Positions 25,207 through 37,745 of a stretch of DNA of 64,000 bases are shown here, in pieces. A program made the translations under genes and the position numbers. Source of the DNA: Catajapyx aquilonaris (lineage: Eukaryota); assembly GCA_000934665.2 (NCBI GenBank), contig KZ538295.1:124001-188000 (forward strand). Reading direction: 5' to 3'. The notes under the pieces are model-generated. The model was given only the letters and a program-made list of their open reading frames with translations. It was not told the origin of the DNA and ran no database searches. Numbering within the stretch: the stretch's first letter is position 1; each line of letters opens with the position of its first letter.

Positions 25207-26774
25207 TTTGAGTAGGTCCTCATTATCAAAACCAGGCTATCTTATTTGGTACGAATCCTTCGCAGATTAAGTGAGGCCCATGTCACCTTGCCCAATAACC
25301 CGAAGTGAAAATGTTCCATTATTGGAAATAGGAAATATATTAGCATTGATTTCATGCTTGTAACCAGGAATTAACACCATTTTGACAACATGAGATAGCC
25401 TAAATTTTTTAAAGACATTTTTGACAGTCACGATGATGAGACATGATCAAAATGGACTAAGAAGCACTTGGGTGTCCTAAGGGCATTGTTAATGATCTAT
25501 TTATAGTTGTGGTCTGCCAGAGGTCAAGCCTTGTGAAGGCAGCTCGACGAGGCCATTGCAGTGTATATAAAGGCTGGTTAGCTTGAAGGGAGGGTGTGGG
25601 GTGGGGTTTCCTAAGGGGGTGGGGAGAGGGTGGTCGAGACCGCCGAGAAACGATGGGAAATGTTAGCCTGATGAAGGAGGATAGACGACACGTAAATCCT
25701 TTCCACCAAAATGGATTCAGATGGAGGCTCGTAATGGCAATCATGGACTTGGGAAGTTTTGGGGAGTAGATGAGGGAGTTGCCGCCAACCCTCAGCCCTT
25801 TTGCACTTGCTCGGCTGCAGGCGCTAATGAATATCTTGGAGCCCCCTCTGAAACGGAGCTTGTGTCCGTTCATTTGAGTCTATTATGCCTTCGCCCCCTC
25901 CCCTGATTTTGGGCGCTATAACTACTCGGCCACTCTATACATTGGGGGATAGAACTCTTTTTTTTGGCGGGTAGAATAGTGAAGGGGAGGATTCCTTTGC
26001 GTCATTAGTGTCCTCTTTTTTTATCATCACCAACTGTTTCACTTCAGTGTTGGTTCGTTCAACCTGAAGAGCAGACAATTTATTATTCCGTTCGGGATCT
26101 ACGCATTTGGGGAGATCCCCAACGGGGGGAACTTCTGTTGGAGTTATGGATGGGGAGGAAAATGGGTTAGTTTTTAAAACAACTCAATGTGGAGTTGAAA
26201 AACTAACCACAGGTGAAACTGCGGTTGAAAGTACGCCAATAACAAAAAAGGGATGTTAGTGACTTTCTGTCAGTTTTTGAGATTACTCTGCTGGGACTGG
26301 CCCCCTTTTTTTGGCCAAATGTAATTCTCTGAAAAACTTTTGTGTACAAGTGGTTCGTGTATAATCACATGCAGGGAGGTAACCCTCAATTATTTTTGCC
26401 AACTCCTGTCATAATTTGAGGGGTGTGATGGAAATACGTGAGAACTATCAAAAGTGTAATTTTTTCAGTAGAGCTTTTACTCTCTTCACAAGTCATATAT
26501 AGGGCATGTACCGTCTCGTGAATGACACGTGAACTTGGAGTATACCAATAGTTGCTAGATGTTCAGGTCAAAAAATGACAAAAATCACGTTTCCCTCACA
26601 CCCCTAATTTTCTGAAACAAGAGGATCCCCACAGTTAGGTAAACCCACCCCTTAAAGGAACCATCCAGCAGGATGCGACATTGGTTGACACCCTGACGGA
26701 AGAAAAATGAGCCACATGTCCCTTTTTTCCCCACTCCCCCTTTTCTTATATGGATCCTTGAAACTTGCCCCCCT

Positions 26775-26777
<3 letters not shown>

Positions 26778-26815
<38 letters not shown>
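26778..26815. repeat. (TC)n microsatellite
   Basis: Direct observation. Confidence 0.95.
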
Positions 26816-26817
<2 letters not shown>

Positions 26818-27137
26818 GCTTCGTCCCAACACCACCCCACGTCTTTTCTACCTCCCCTGACAACCTCCTTCCTGTGCTGGGTGGGAGAATAATGGGGACG
26901 GAAACCTCCAGTTATTAGATTCTGCCGAGAGATTGGCCTCGCAATGAAAGAGTTATGGTCTGATTTCCATGAATTCGGCTTAATTGCGAATGGCTGTAAC
27001 AAGACACAAGAAATGAAACCGCGAACGAGGCTCCGAAAATAAGATTTTTGATAGCGTTAATTAAGACTTGTAAGTTAATGAGCCACTCAATCGATATGGG
27101 GCTCATTTTATGGAAACGAAGGGGTGGGGAAAGGGAG

Positions 27138-27143
27138 GAGAGA

Positions 27144-27182
<39 letters not shown>
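27138..27182. repeat. (AG)n microsatellite
   Basis: Direct observation. Confidence 0.95.
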
Positions 27183-27185
<3 letters not shown>

Positions 27186-28775
27186 TGGCGGGGATTAAGT
27201 GCGAGTGCTATCGCCCGGCTCTTGGGGAAAACCCCTGCTTTTCTCGTTTGAAATTTTCATTGTAATTCCTGCTCCAAAAGCGTATAGCGTCTGCCAATTT
27301 AGAATGGGGGGTAAAGGGGGGGGGGAGGGGAAAAAAGAGAGATTGAGGCACTGTGTGAATGTCTGTGTCAAATTCATTTGGGGCAAGGCTGAGTTGCCAT
27401 TCTGCTACAAAACTTTTTTTTTCACTGACTTCTTTTGTGGCATGCATTTAATTACGTGGATATATCCAACAAAAATACTATGTTCAACCTAATCTGGCTG
27501 GATTGCAAGGGCTCTATGTAAGGACCGGATTTTTTTTTGTAGCTGTCCCCTCTCTCTCCATTTGTATCCCGGATTGGCCATGTCTGCGTATGGTCCGCTA
27601 AGAGCCACTTACGAATCGAGCGAGGCCGGCTCGCAATAGCAGTCCATTACAACATTCTCTTAAGCTCCCTATTCTCTTCCCCCCCCCCCATTCCATATAT
27701 GAAAGCTCTATCGACACGTGTGGGGGATATAGGAAAAAAAAACGGAAGAGAGTTACAACGAGAGAGAGAAAAAAATTTGCAAAGAATTCGACACACGCGA
27801 CTGGACGAAATGTTCACACGGCCTTTTATGGGGTTGTCGTGGACGGCATAATTTGTAACCGACACGAATCGGATGCTGGTCACGCAAACGGCGATGCCAC
27901 ACAGTGATATAGATGTTTAATATGTTGCAATACGCCCATGAAATTATGGGCCCGACTGGCACCGATGGATAAGGACGAATATTGCGAAACTTTCGCCGAA
28001 GATGACTTTTCGTCCAAAACATTTCGCCTCGAGCCCAGTTCGGATGAACCATCGTACTTCAGACAAGCCAAGTGGTATGATACCTCTGCAGAGGTACTTT
28101 GCAGCTAGATTAGTATATTTCGCTAGTTTTAATCCTCCAGGCTAAAATCCTGACTCCGGGAGGAAACAAATGGCTATGGTAAATGAAGAGGTCCAGGGAA
28201 TAATTGGGTTCCTCCTCCCCATCTTCAGATCGATCCTGATTTTCCCCTCCTCCTCCTCCTCCTTCCTACTACTACTACTACCACACTCCTCTCCTTTTCC
28301 TACAGGATTGCATCGGAGTCTGGTGCTAGCATCGCGAACATTATAATTAGTCGGAAGAGAAAGTGGGAGGCAGCGGCTGCTGGTGAATAACGAGCGTGGC
28401 CAGAACCTCCGGATCCGTGGGGATCCTTCAAGCAACCCCCCCTTCCTCCTCTTCCTTTCTTCTACAGCCCCATTACAAGGAGGTTGCACCTGGACGGACA
28501 AGCTGACGTGTGGGCTCCAGTATTTCCAACCCTGAATCGGCGAAGATAATCTCAGAAGCAGCCTGAGACTCTCTCATAAAGGATGGGAAATTATTCACAA
28601 AAATTGGCAAAATCTGTAGTGTAAGGCTCTTAAGGGTTTGTCTGTAATTCTGGTAGGTTGTGACAGCCCCAAGTTACGTAGCCTCGACTTACAAAGATCC
28701 GGACTTACGTAATTCGCAAAAAAAAAACTAAGGAATTGACGGAACAAACTGGCCAATTGCGAGCCCATAGCAGCA

Positions 28776-29000
28776 GGGTGCAATTTTCGTCCCACTGCTA
28801 TAGTTACTGCTAACTTAGCAGTCATCCTCAATACTGGTACTTCTAAGTTAGCAGTAACTAGAAGTACGGACGAAAATTCCACCTAAGTGGTAAAAACATG
28901 GTGGCGAATGTTCGTCCTACTGCACTAACTTAGCAGACCATTGTCAACACTGGCACTTCCTAAATTACCAGTAACTAGCAGTGGGACGAAAATTCCACCC
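28776..29000. mobile_element. Two adjacent copies (28776-28883, 28900-29000) of the GGGTGGAATTTTCGTCCCACTGCTAG hairpin MITE
   Basis: Each has long arms ...TTTTCGTCCCACTGCTA(TA)GTTACTGCTAACTTAG / CTAAGTTAGCAGTAACTAG.AGT.GGACGAAAATTCCACC. Confidence 0.85.
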
Positions 29001-29751
29001 CCCAGTTACTAGTAGTTGGTTTGTACTTTGACGTAATATTTTGCGCGTACTTGGAACAGATTAAGCCTTGGTAGTAGTCTGAAGCTGACTCTTGCCCCCC
29101 TGATGAAAAGTAGGAGGGGGGAAAAATCACGCATCCTCTTCTGCCATAAAAAGTAATAACGCACGCCGTAGCCTTTCCCTGGAAAACATCAGCGAATATG
29201 AAAGTTGAAAATTAAGCCTCTTCTCCCCCTACTTTTCAATTAGCTTTATGCAAAAAGCCGCAAACTGCTTCTGCTCCTGGGGAGATTAGTAATGAACAAG
29301 TTGGAGCAGAGAGAGTCAGGGCACCAGCCTCGAGTTACGATTCTTTTTCCCCCCGTCAACTTGAAGCTTTCTCCATTCCCTTCCTCCCTACCACCTTTCC
29401 CTCCCCACCTCCTTGCTTTCTGCTCCTTCCCCCCTTGACGCCACTCACCTGGAGCTACACTGCCAACTCTTTTGAGCATAACTAATAATTTAATCACTGT
29501 ACGGAAGGAAAGGGGGGTGCAACTTAAGACGATGGAAACTGACAGATGTCATGGCCCCCATCTTGCTGCTTCTTCGCAGACACTTCACAGGCGCATGTTC
29601 CCATAACCTATCACGGATGGCGCTGTGTAGATCAACCAGATGGCTGTTCCTATTATACAGTAGAGATGGCGTTGGAAGTTAAGGAGTGTTTTATTGGTTC
29701 TAATATGTTTAAAAATTGGCTCAAAATTGGGGGTTTTGGCACTCACCTATA

Positions 29752-29840
29752 CAGGGTGTTTCAACTTTTTTTCCCGGACAAAGTAGCAGCTACGTGCAAT
29801 TTTCAGATAACCGTTCGGACAAAAAAGTTGAAACACCCTG
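29752..29840. mobile_element. Tc1/mariner-type MITE with TA target duplication
   Basis: TA|CAGGGTGTTTCAACTTTTTT ... AAAAAAGTTGAAACACCCTG|TA, 20-bp perfect TIR. Confidence 0.88.
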
Positions 29841-32800
29841 TATACAGCTTAGCTTTATTACCATGGCAATTTCTAGCTTTGAGTATACGCGATTTATATA
29901 ATTTTGTAGAAATATAGTGCTTTCTACCCCCTCTCCAAGGAACGTTAAAATTAATAAATTAATAAATTAATAATTATACAGAATTCACACAATCCGTGAC
30001 CCCGTAAACAAGTTGACCCCTCACCTAGGTAGTAGTTACCATAGCTTTCACTTTTCCCGTTCAACAGTTAGAGGACAGAGTAGCATATACGCCCTGGTGA
30101 ACTTTGTCCGTGCAGTGACTCATCACCAACGTGCATATAGTACTGCTTTCCGCCTGAGAGCGGCAGTATAGTGTGCAGAGGGAGAGCCTATGCGCCAGTT
30201 GATAGTGGCCTATCGTACTACGTCCATGTTGGGGGTTGGGCGCTACTAGCATACTATAGACACAGCTTAATAACTCCAACATGAAATAACAGCTTAACGA
30301 ACAGCTTAGGAGGGGGGAAAAAAATCGCTCGCTGAACTGCAACACGCTGAGTAAATTGTAACGGGAATTCCCCTTCGAGTCGAATAAAAGAAAACAAGCC
30401 TCACAGTTTTCACAGGGCAAGTTAGTGTAACCTGGAATCAGCAGGTACGTGCATGGCAGGGGATGGAGCAGAGAGGGGAGGATGGGCAGGAGGGAGTGGG
30501 GGTGTGTATATGCAGGGGGTTTGAGCTAGAGGAAGGAGGGATAACTGATTCCGGGCGCCAAGGTTTCCGGACGGGCGCTCGGCTTCAAAGGGCGAGGAAT
30601 GGGCCGGAAATGACCCCCCGCCAGCCAACCTATGTCCTATATCGGAGTGTCCAAAGCAGAATCCGGCGACTCCTCCTCGGGCTTTCCTCCCCGGTAATTG
30701 AGTTGTGGTTCAGGACTCCTGGAGAAAACCCGTGGCTCACACCCCTCACCGAAAAAAAAAAATACCTTTGTGATTGTGACACAGCCGGTTGTTTATATTT
30801 TTTGGTGCATTTCCATGTAATTTATGGGCCTGCAGGAGGTGGGCAGTCACACGTGGGATTGACCAGAATTAATGTCTCTTTACCAGGGCTTCGCCCGATC
30901 CTTGTACGAGCAAGGGAAGCAATCTGTAACGTCGCCGGGGCGGAAAATTTTGAACTGCGCTTGGTCACACATGTGGATGAAAGAGCTAATGAGAGGAGAC
31001 CGACCCATCACATTCTCACCCTCTTCTGCCTGCTCCCTGAATCCGATATCACGTGCAAATTAGCACGCCTGCCTTTGAGTAATGCTTGCTAAATTGAGGG
31101 ACATGATCGCCACTTGACATTTCGGTTTAGTTTGACAGATGGTTCATTACTAATGCTGGAAAAAGAGAGGTGGAAAATTTTGCAGGGTGGATATATAAAA
31201 AAACAAGGTAGAGATGGGAGGAAAAAAATGTTTGCAGTTTTGTGGTGTGGTTCGTGCTAAAAAAAATCCATAGGCTCGTTAGAATATCAAGCTGGATTTA
31301 CTAATTCGGTCAATGTGAAGTGTATCGTGGCTTTCAAATTGACGTAGCGATGTAAGTTTTTTTCTGAAAAAAAAAATGCACGAGCAGTATTACATGGCAG
31401 GAATTTTAATTAACGCGCCGCATTCTTCTGATGGAGAGTTTATCGTAAGCTGGGTGGAAAATGGAGGAAAGCAGATATCCTGTTGCATACTCCTGTAGTT
31501 GAAAACGAGCATGTTGGTCACTTGCAATTATTTTTCTGACAATCAAATGAAAATGTCCCATCCTGGTGCCAACTTAACCTGTAATAAAACTATTGGTTAA
31601 GTCAATTTTTTTTGTACCTCTCTAAAAAAACATGTACAGGTACTCTTTGTACTCTTTGTGATGTGAAATAGGGCCTACTGTAGTCTAACTTTGATAAAGC
31701 TATTCGCCTACTTAGCCGTGAGGATTAGACTGAAGATTATATTCCTGGAAGTCATTAAGTTTTGCAGAGCATTTTATTAAATTTTCATGACGTTCCATTT
31801 TCCATATCTCATAACTGCAGTTTTGCCAAATTAACAACCTAAAGATCAATTTGCAAATCTTTACAGTCCTGGAGGAAAACCCAGTGCTGTTTGCCTTTTC
31901 TATACCTATACCTCGCGGTGTATTTTTGCCGAAAATTTTTACCTTCCTCCCCCCTCCTTCCCTCCCAGTCCTTCGGTAACACACTGTGCAAAATTGGTCC
32001 AGAAATCATATATATCCAAATCTCCCCCCTGCACAGATGAAAACCGTCAGAACTAATATAATTTTCCTGCTAGTTACCGTTTCAGCAAGCCTTTTCTCCG
32101 CAAAAAAAGAGACCTTGATTGACATATTCTGACAACGAGTAATGAGTTTTAAAACTCGGCAACTTGAATAAAGTTGGGTACCGAGAAATAATCGCTGTAG
32201 ATTACTTGGACTTTTCCCATTTTCCACGCATTTTCTTCCGCCCTATATCAGAAAAAAGGGCGAAGGCAAACACTCAATAATTTACCGTCTTTATTGAAAC
32301 CAAAAAAAGAGGTTGTTTTACCTTCTACAAATTATGCAGTGATGTACTGAATGTGTCAGAAACGCTTTTTGAAGATGAAACGATGCCTGTTTGACCTTAT
32401 GTGTTCGGTTTAATCTAGATATTCCTAGTGTCCTACATGTAGTTTTTTGGGTTGCATCATGCCAGGATGAAACATATCAGAGGTGGGACGCGACGTTGTG
32501 TCATTTATTCATAAAAATATATTGCCTGTAAGAAATTAATTCGATAAATACGATATAGGTTACTTTACGTAAATAAATCAAAATTATTATTGATTTCAAT
32601 AGTTTAACTGGATGTTGACATAGGGTGACTCGTCATCCCTAGTCCAGGTGAAGATGCAATCAGGGTCCGGGTTGACAGCGGTAATATTCCGGCGGCAACG
32701 GAATTAGCAGTGTTGGTCGGCGTGAAATATCTGGCCGCTATTGTGCTGCCTTTTGTGGCCGTCGAGCAGGAACTGAAAAGGAAATTCAGCAGCCGAGAGG

Positions 32801-34795
32801 CCCACATCACACCCCCCCAAAATCCATGATTTAGTGTTTTCATATTCCAGTTGCAAGCAGATAAAAAGCCCCCCCCCCCAACCTCCCACTGTATAAACCA
32901 CGGGAATGAATAACAAAAACCGTCCCATGCATCACGTACCGGTTACAATGTTGTCAAGCGGCATTGTGTACGCCTCTGTAATTATTTGATAGGGTAACCC
33001 ATGCGGTTTGCCTCCGGCCAACACTTTTCATACGTACCATTTATAGAACCGCCGCTTTCTCCTCCCTCCCCCACATATACACTGCTAGTCCTCCCCAGCC
33101 AAAATCCCTCGAAAAGGGAAATAAATGCAGAGAGAGAGAGAGGGGGGGGGGGTGTGTTTTGACCGATATACGTAGGTATTGAAACGAATTCCCCTGCACT
33201 CGGGAGTTTGCAATGGATTATGAAGGCAGCTCGATTAGCTGCTGCATTCGGTGGGGAAGCTTGGATCAAACGGGATTATCGGCTATGGGAGGGAACAAAA
33301 AGAGACAGAGGCTTTTTTTTTTAAAGTGTATGTCGGACCTAGTACCTTTTGTGTGAATACCTCATTTTCTTTGACCACAACCAGCTGCTGAAAGATACTG
33401 AAATTTTTTTACTATAGACTGCCTGAATGTAATATTAGCAACTAATATTTGAATATAACTATTAACAGCAACTGCAGCATTGCGTATGGTTGGAGAGGAA
33501 AAGGCGTTTCTTATCGTTTAGAAAAATGCTAAAAGCACTTGGAAAGTGGCCTTCTTTGAAGCTGCTATTTTAATGGATGGGATGCAAACCATCCATCAAG
33601 TCAGAGGGGTCTGAATTTGCAGCTGAGAGGAAGAGAAGGCCTCTTTTGTATAGTGGGCATACTAACATCAGAAGGGGCCCCACAATGAGCGATAGCCGTC
33701 TTGATTGGAACGACTATGAAAAGCGTAAACAAGGAGTGAAATCAAGCGGGGATTTTTGTCACAGGACTTTGGAAAGGGATAGGTGGCGAGGGACTCTGTC
33801 AGGGGACGTCCTTAGGTACTTCCGGACACGATTGACGACAACTAATGACTCTGCAGAAACTTTTACTCCGGTTCCCATTCTTAGCCAGAAGAAGGACCTG
33901 TTGAGAACTGGTAATGGATGGCGGGGAAGAGGTCTTTTCTATGAGTCTCGGGTGTAACATATCAGAGTAGCTGCTTACAAACAAGCAGCTTGGAGAGAAA
34001 AAATGGAAAGACTTTCGTAATGGGAGACCGGATGTGGCAGGGGTAGGGGCACGCTGCACTAACCTACCTCATGACCAAACCTTCCTTCCAAGTGGATACA
34101 CTCCTATCCTTCAGCGGATACACCATACACGCCTAGGAGAGTAGGTAAAAGTGCGTGGTCTCCCGATAGGAAATCGTAGTCGAAAAAATCACTGAAATGA
34201 GATCTGAAATCGCAATAACTGTTCATTTATTGGCTGTCGAAATATCGTTTTTTTTCTTTGAACATTTCTTCATATTAGTTTTGATCAGCATTATCACGTC
34301 CCAGGAATGTAGAGCGTTAAAATAACTTAGCATATTGATTGGCAGCAGTTCCCCTCCTAACTCTTCCATGCCATTTTTGGCACCAGGCACGCCATTATTG
34401 GACGGTTGGCGGTTTCAGTGTGACATTGCTCCTTTTCACTTGGACCTGCACGCCTCCCTCCATCCCCCCCCCAACATCGCCCACTCTGCAAGAAAATAAT
34501 TAAAAACTTCATTTCCCACTCGAAAACGCTGACACGCGGCAGGGCTGCTCATTACCATGATTCCATTCATTGCCGTTGGTGGCCCCCAGGAAAAAGAGAC
34601 ATGGCAAGGAAGAAATACCCAGGGTTCGGCCCGGATTAGAGTCTCACACTGCAAACAAAAGGGGCCTGGAAATGAACCTGTTACTCAGCGATACGAATTA
34701 AATGTAACAATTTTTTGGGGGGAACAAAACGGGGAAAGATATGAGCTGTGGAAAAAAATGACACGAGCGTCAGCGATAGTTGTATCAAACAAGAT

Positions 34796-35085
34796 TGGCA
34801 AATCACGTGAGCGTGATTCGAGTAGACTTTTTCTCGTAGCCATGGAAACTCAAATTGGACGACAATGTAAGTCTCATTTCCCGTTGCCAAGGAACCCAAA
34901 GCCTTTAGAATTTGGTGGATAGCGGGTGCCCAGAAGACCGGAAGTTGACCATGAAGCTTAATTAGGGTCCGCTGAATCCGAATCCGAAAACAGTTTGTCG
35001 ATATCTCTTGCAGTTTAGGCTCTGATTCCTGTCCACGGACAGACGGACGGACAGACTTCTGTTTGTGAGAAAAAAGTCTGAAGTG
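34796..35085. mobile_element. Partial copy of the 8180 inner MITE followed by a DINE-like fragment
   Basis: aaatcac..gagcgtgattcgagtagactttttctc, then gttgaccat..gaatccgaaaacagtt..atatctct..tttaggc.ctgat.cctgtccac.gacagacggacggacaga. Confidence 0.75.
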
Positions 35086-35883
35086 AAATATTAGAGTAGG
35101 CCAACACGTATATGGCTGGAACTTTTATTTAATAATTAATTAACAATTATTTTTACATTTTGTGTGGAAGATTATGTAGGCAGTGTGATACGTGACGTTT
35201 TCTTTTGAGGACAGTTTTTTTCCCCCCCGTTATCCCGGTCCGGTTTCAAACCGGAGTGTGGAACGGAAGATGCAGTCTATCACGGTGCTTGGTGACAACC
35301 CTGTGGAAATTTTTGGCGGCAGGAACCGGAACCAGGAAGAGGGGACTAGGGGGGGATGTAGCGCCACAGGGGGGGTATTCACACACATGACCACAAAAAA
35401 AAGTGCATGAAAACCCAAGCTTCCTGCACTTGACTTACGGCCTGGGGAGTTCCAGGGGGGGTTTTATGTGACTTTGGATATCAGAAGAGGTTCACATTAA
35501 AACGGGGGTGCGGAATGGCCAGTTTTTTAGGGGGGTGTCCCTAAAATCGCGGTGGGGGTGATTGGTGGATGGCCCCAGGAGGATTTGAGGCTGACCACAA
35601 AACCCGGGTATTCCATTCCCCATCGGCGTTTTGCAGAAGGGATAATGAACGCATCATCCATCCCCATCAGAGGAGAGACTGAGGGAAGAACACGCCTTCT
35701 GAGGGTCTTGTGGAAGGTCCGAGGGTCCAGAGCTTTGGCGCCGCCCTGGGTTCCATTGCACTCTCTAGGGGGCCTTCCATCAAGGAAGCCTCCGCGCCCC
35801 AGTCTTATCACATCGGGGGAATATATTTTTTGCAGAGGCTTGGTCAGCAACTGCTGACCAAACTTGGCGTGTGTCAGGGATAA

Positions 35884-36120
35884 TCTAGAGAGGCTCTAGG
35901 GAGAGAGTAGCCAATTCGACGTCATTGTCGTCTCTGATTGTCTGGAGTTTATTATTGACTGTTTACGTGTCATATGGGCTATGGAGGCCGCCATCTTGCG
36001 TTGTTATGGAAATAGTGGCCGGCTCTGACGTCACGGTCGACTCCGATTGGCTGGAGCCAATTGGAGTCGACCGTGACGTCAGAAGTTGGCGACTCTCTCC
36101 CCGCTCGAGGCTCTCTAGGA
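35884..36120. repeat. Palindromic element with 60-bp inner hairpin (36024-36083)
   Basis: TCTGACGTCACGGTCGACTCCGATTGGCT-GG-AGCCAATTGGAGTCGACCGTGACGTCAGA. 35885-35947 is a decayed inverted match to the right end. Confidence 0.8.
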
Positions 36121-37075
36121 TAATCTACGTGTTTCTGGTGGGATCTGGAAGATTGCTGTAATCAGTTAGTTACAAAATGGACTTAACATTACAGTACAGT
36201 ACATTGCCGAGAAAACTGTTGAGACTTTATGTGATGAATTTTGTCACAGCGCAGTTCTGCAACATAAAGGAAATCAAGGACGGTTACTGTATTGCCCTCA
36301 TTAAAACTTGGTAGTTTCTGGCCTTTTAAATTCACAAAATATCTGTCGGGTAAGACTGGAGGCCATGGCACAGATCCAGGAAACTTAAAATTCACTGCCA
36401 ATTTAGTGATACGTATATCGGTTTATGGGGGGCCAGACTTCATGCCAAAAGCAATTCGGAGGACAATGTTACGTTATAATAACTTCATGTTGAAAGTGTG
36501 AACACAACTGGAGCTGTACAGTACAATGTTGTGGAATATGCACTGTACAAATCAGAGGTTTCGAATTTACTTGGGTATTTGTCATCGATGACAACAGAAA
36601 AATTTGGTGGAAATCGGCGCTGAATCTGTTAAGACTTGAGGCTAGCTCTGGGTATAAGTTATAGTCTTTCCTCATCGCACATTTTTCCTCCGACTAGTAG
36701 TAGGCCGGATTTTTTTTTAAAGCTATCCATTTTTTTTCTACAGACCCCAGTTTTCGAGAATGGATGTGCACAGAGAGGGGGGGGGGGAGAGGACAGTGGA
36801 CCGTTTCCATCCCGCGATAAGGACTGGAACGTTGTTGTTGACGGATGAGCCGCAATGGTGATGAGCCCACGCCCTTCCATTGGCCCACAGAGGAGATGGA
36901 GGGCTGGGGGGATGTACTGCCTGATATCTACTTCATGAATCTATGGAACATAAATGGAGCGCCTTCTGAACCTCCGCTTATTCCCTTGGCACATGCTGCC
37001 AGAGAATAGATTCTTGGAGAAAAGAAAGAGAGGAAGAGAAAAAAATACAGACCGAAACATACAGGTCATTTCCCA

Positions 37076-37081
37076 TTTATT
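37076..37081 (-). promoter_or_regulatory. Candidate polyadenylation signal (AATAAA) of LMO paralog B
   Basis: AATAAA about 575 nt after the stop, followed by a GT/T-rich tract (tgtatgtttcggtctgtattttttt). Confidence 0.55.
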
Positions 37082-37340
37082 AGCAGGTCTATGCCTACAG
37101 AGGACATTTTTTCTCACAACAATATGGTTTTTAAGCACCTACAGATATGCCAAGTAGTGAAAATATAATTCAAAAAATGAATTTAAAAAAAATGAACGAC
37201 AGGAAATTATCGAGGGTATGAGATATGGCCGAGTAAATAGACCCATTTATATGAATTTCACATTCCCAGCACCAGGAAGACATTAAAGTCTAAAACAGTA
37301 CATTGTTTGGAACGGATATATCACGACACAGAGAGCAGGT

Positions 37341-37348
37341 TATTTACA
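37341..37348 (-). promoter_or_regulatory. Pumilio-response-element match (TGTAAATA) in putative 3'UTR of paralog B
   Basis: Exact UGUANAUA match in sense orientation between the stop and the AATAAA. A single 8-mer could arise by chance. Confidence 0.35.
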
Positions 37349-37655
37349 CCGTATACAACAGGACGTAATGTCCGACCTAAATGCACCAATTTTTTAATAT
37401 ATATATTCCTGGTCTAAAATCTATTCTAATCCCGAGGCATCTTGCTTTGCACAACTGCGCCCCGTAATTATTTTTTGTGTGTGTATTTGTAAAGATATAG
37501 CTTGTAAGTTTAGAATATGCATAGGTCACATGAGCAAGATCTCTCGACAACACTTATTCTGAAAGTTTCTCTGTCCCGTTGAGCGTCGAAATCTCCACGC
37601 CTAAAAAAAACTGTCCACACTTTTCTTTTTTTTAAAAAAAGACGCGACACTTTGT

Positions 37656-37745
37656 TCATGCTTCGACTCCTGAGTAATTTTGAGGTGGGCCTGGAGTCGA
37701 GCCTCCTTGTAACTGTTGCGATGGACCCCGTCCTATTTCGAGCGG
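37656..37745 (-). CDS. LMO: LMO paralog B probable terminal coding exon ([29 protein letters not shown])
   Basis: Follows a 62-bp intron (37807-37746) ending ttattttcacag. Phase 0, starts CCG like paralog A exon 5, is Pro/Gly-rich, and is followed by AT-rich UTR-like sequence. Confidence 0.75.
   Translation of the reverse strand, partial: PLEIGRGPSQQLQGGSTPGPPQNYSGVEA

Noticed and set aside
30463..31092. 209-aa ORF
   Set aside because: G-rich low-complexity start, homopolymer runs and no domain; the sequence looks regulatory rather than coding.
36659..36940. Alternative last exon of paralog B (one frame gives AVHPPSPP..AHHHCGSSVNNNVP, faintly like the paralog A tail)
   Set aside because: All three - strand frames are open in this GC-rich patch, the acceptor for the resembling frame is weak, and a better exon exists at 37745-37656. 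Not excluded without RNA-seq.
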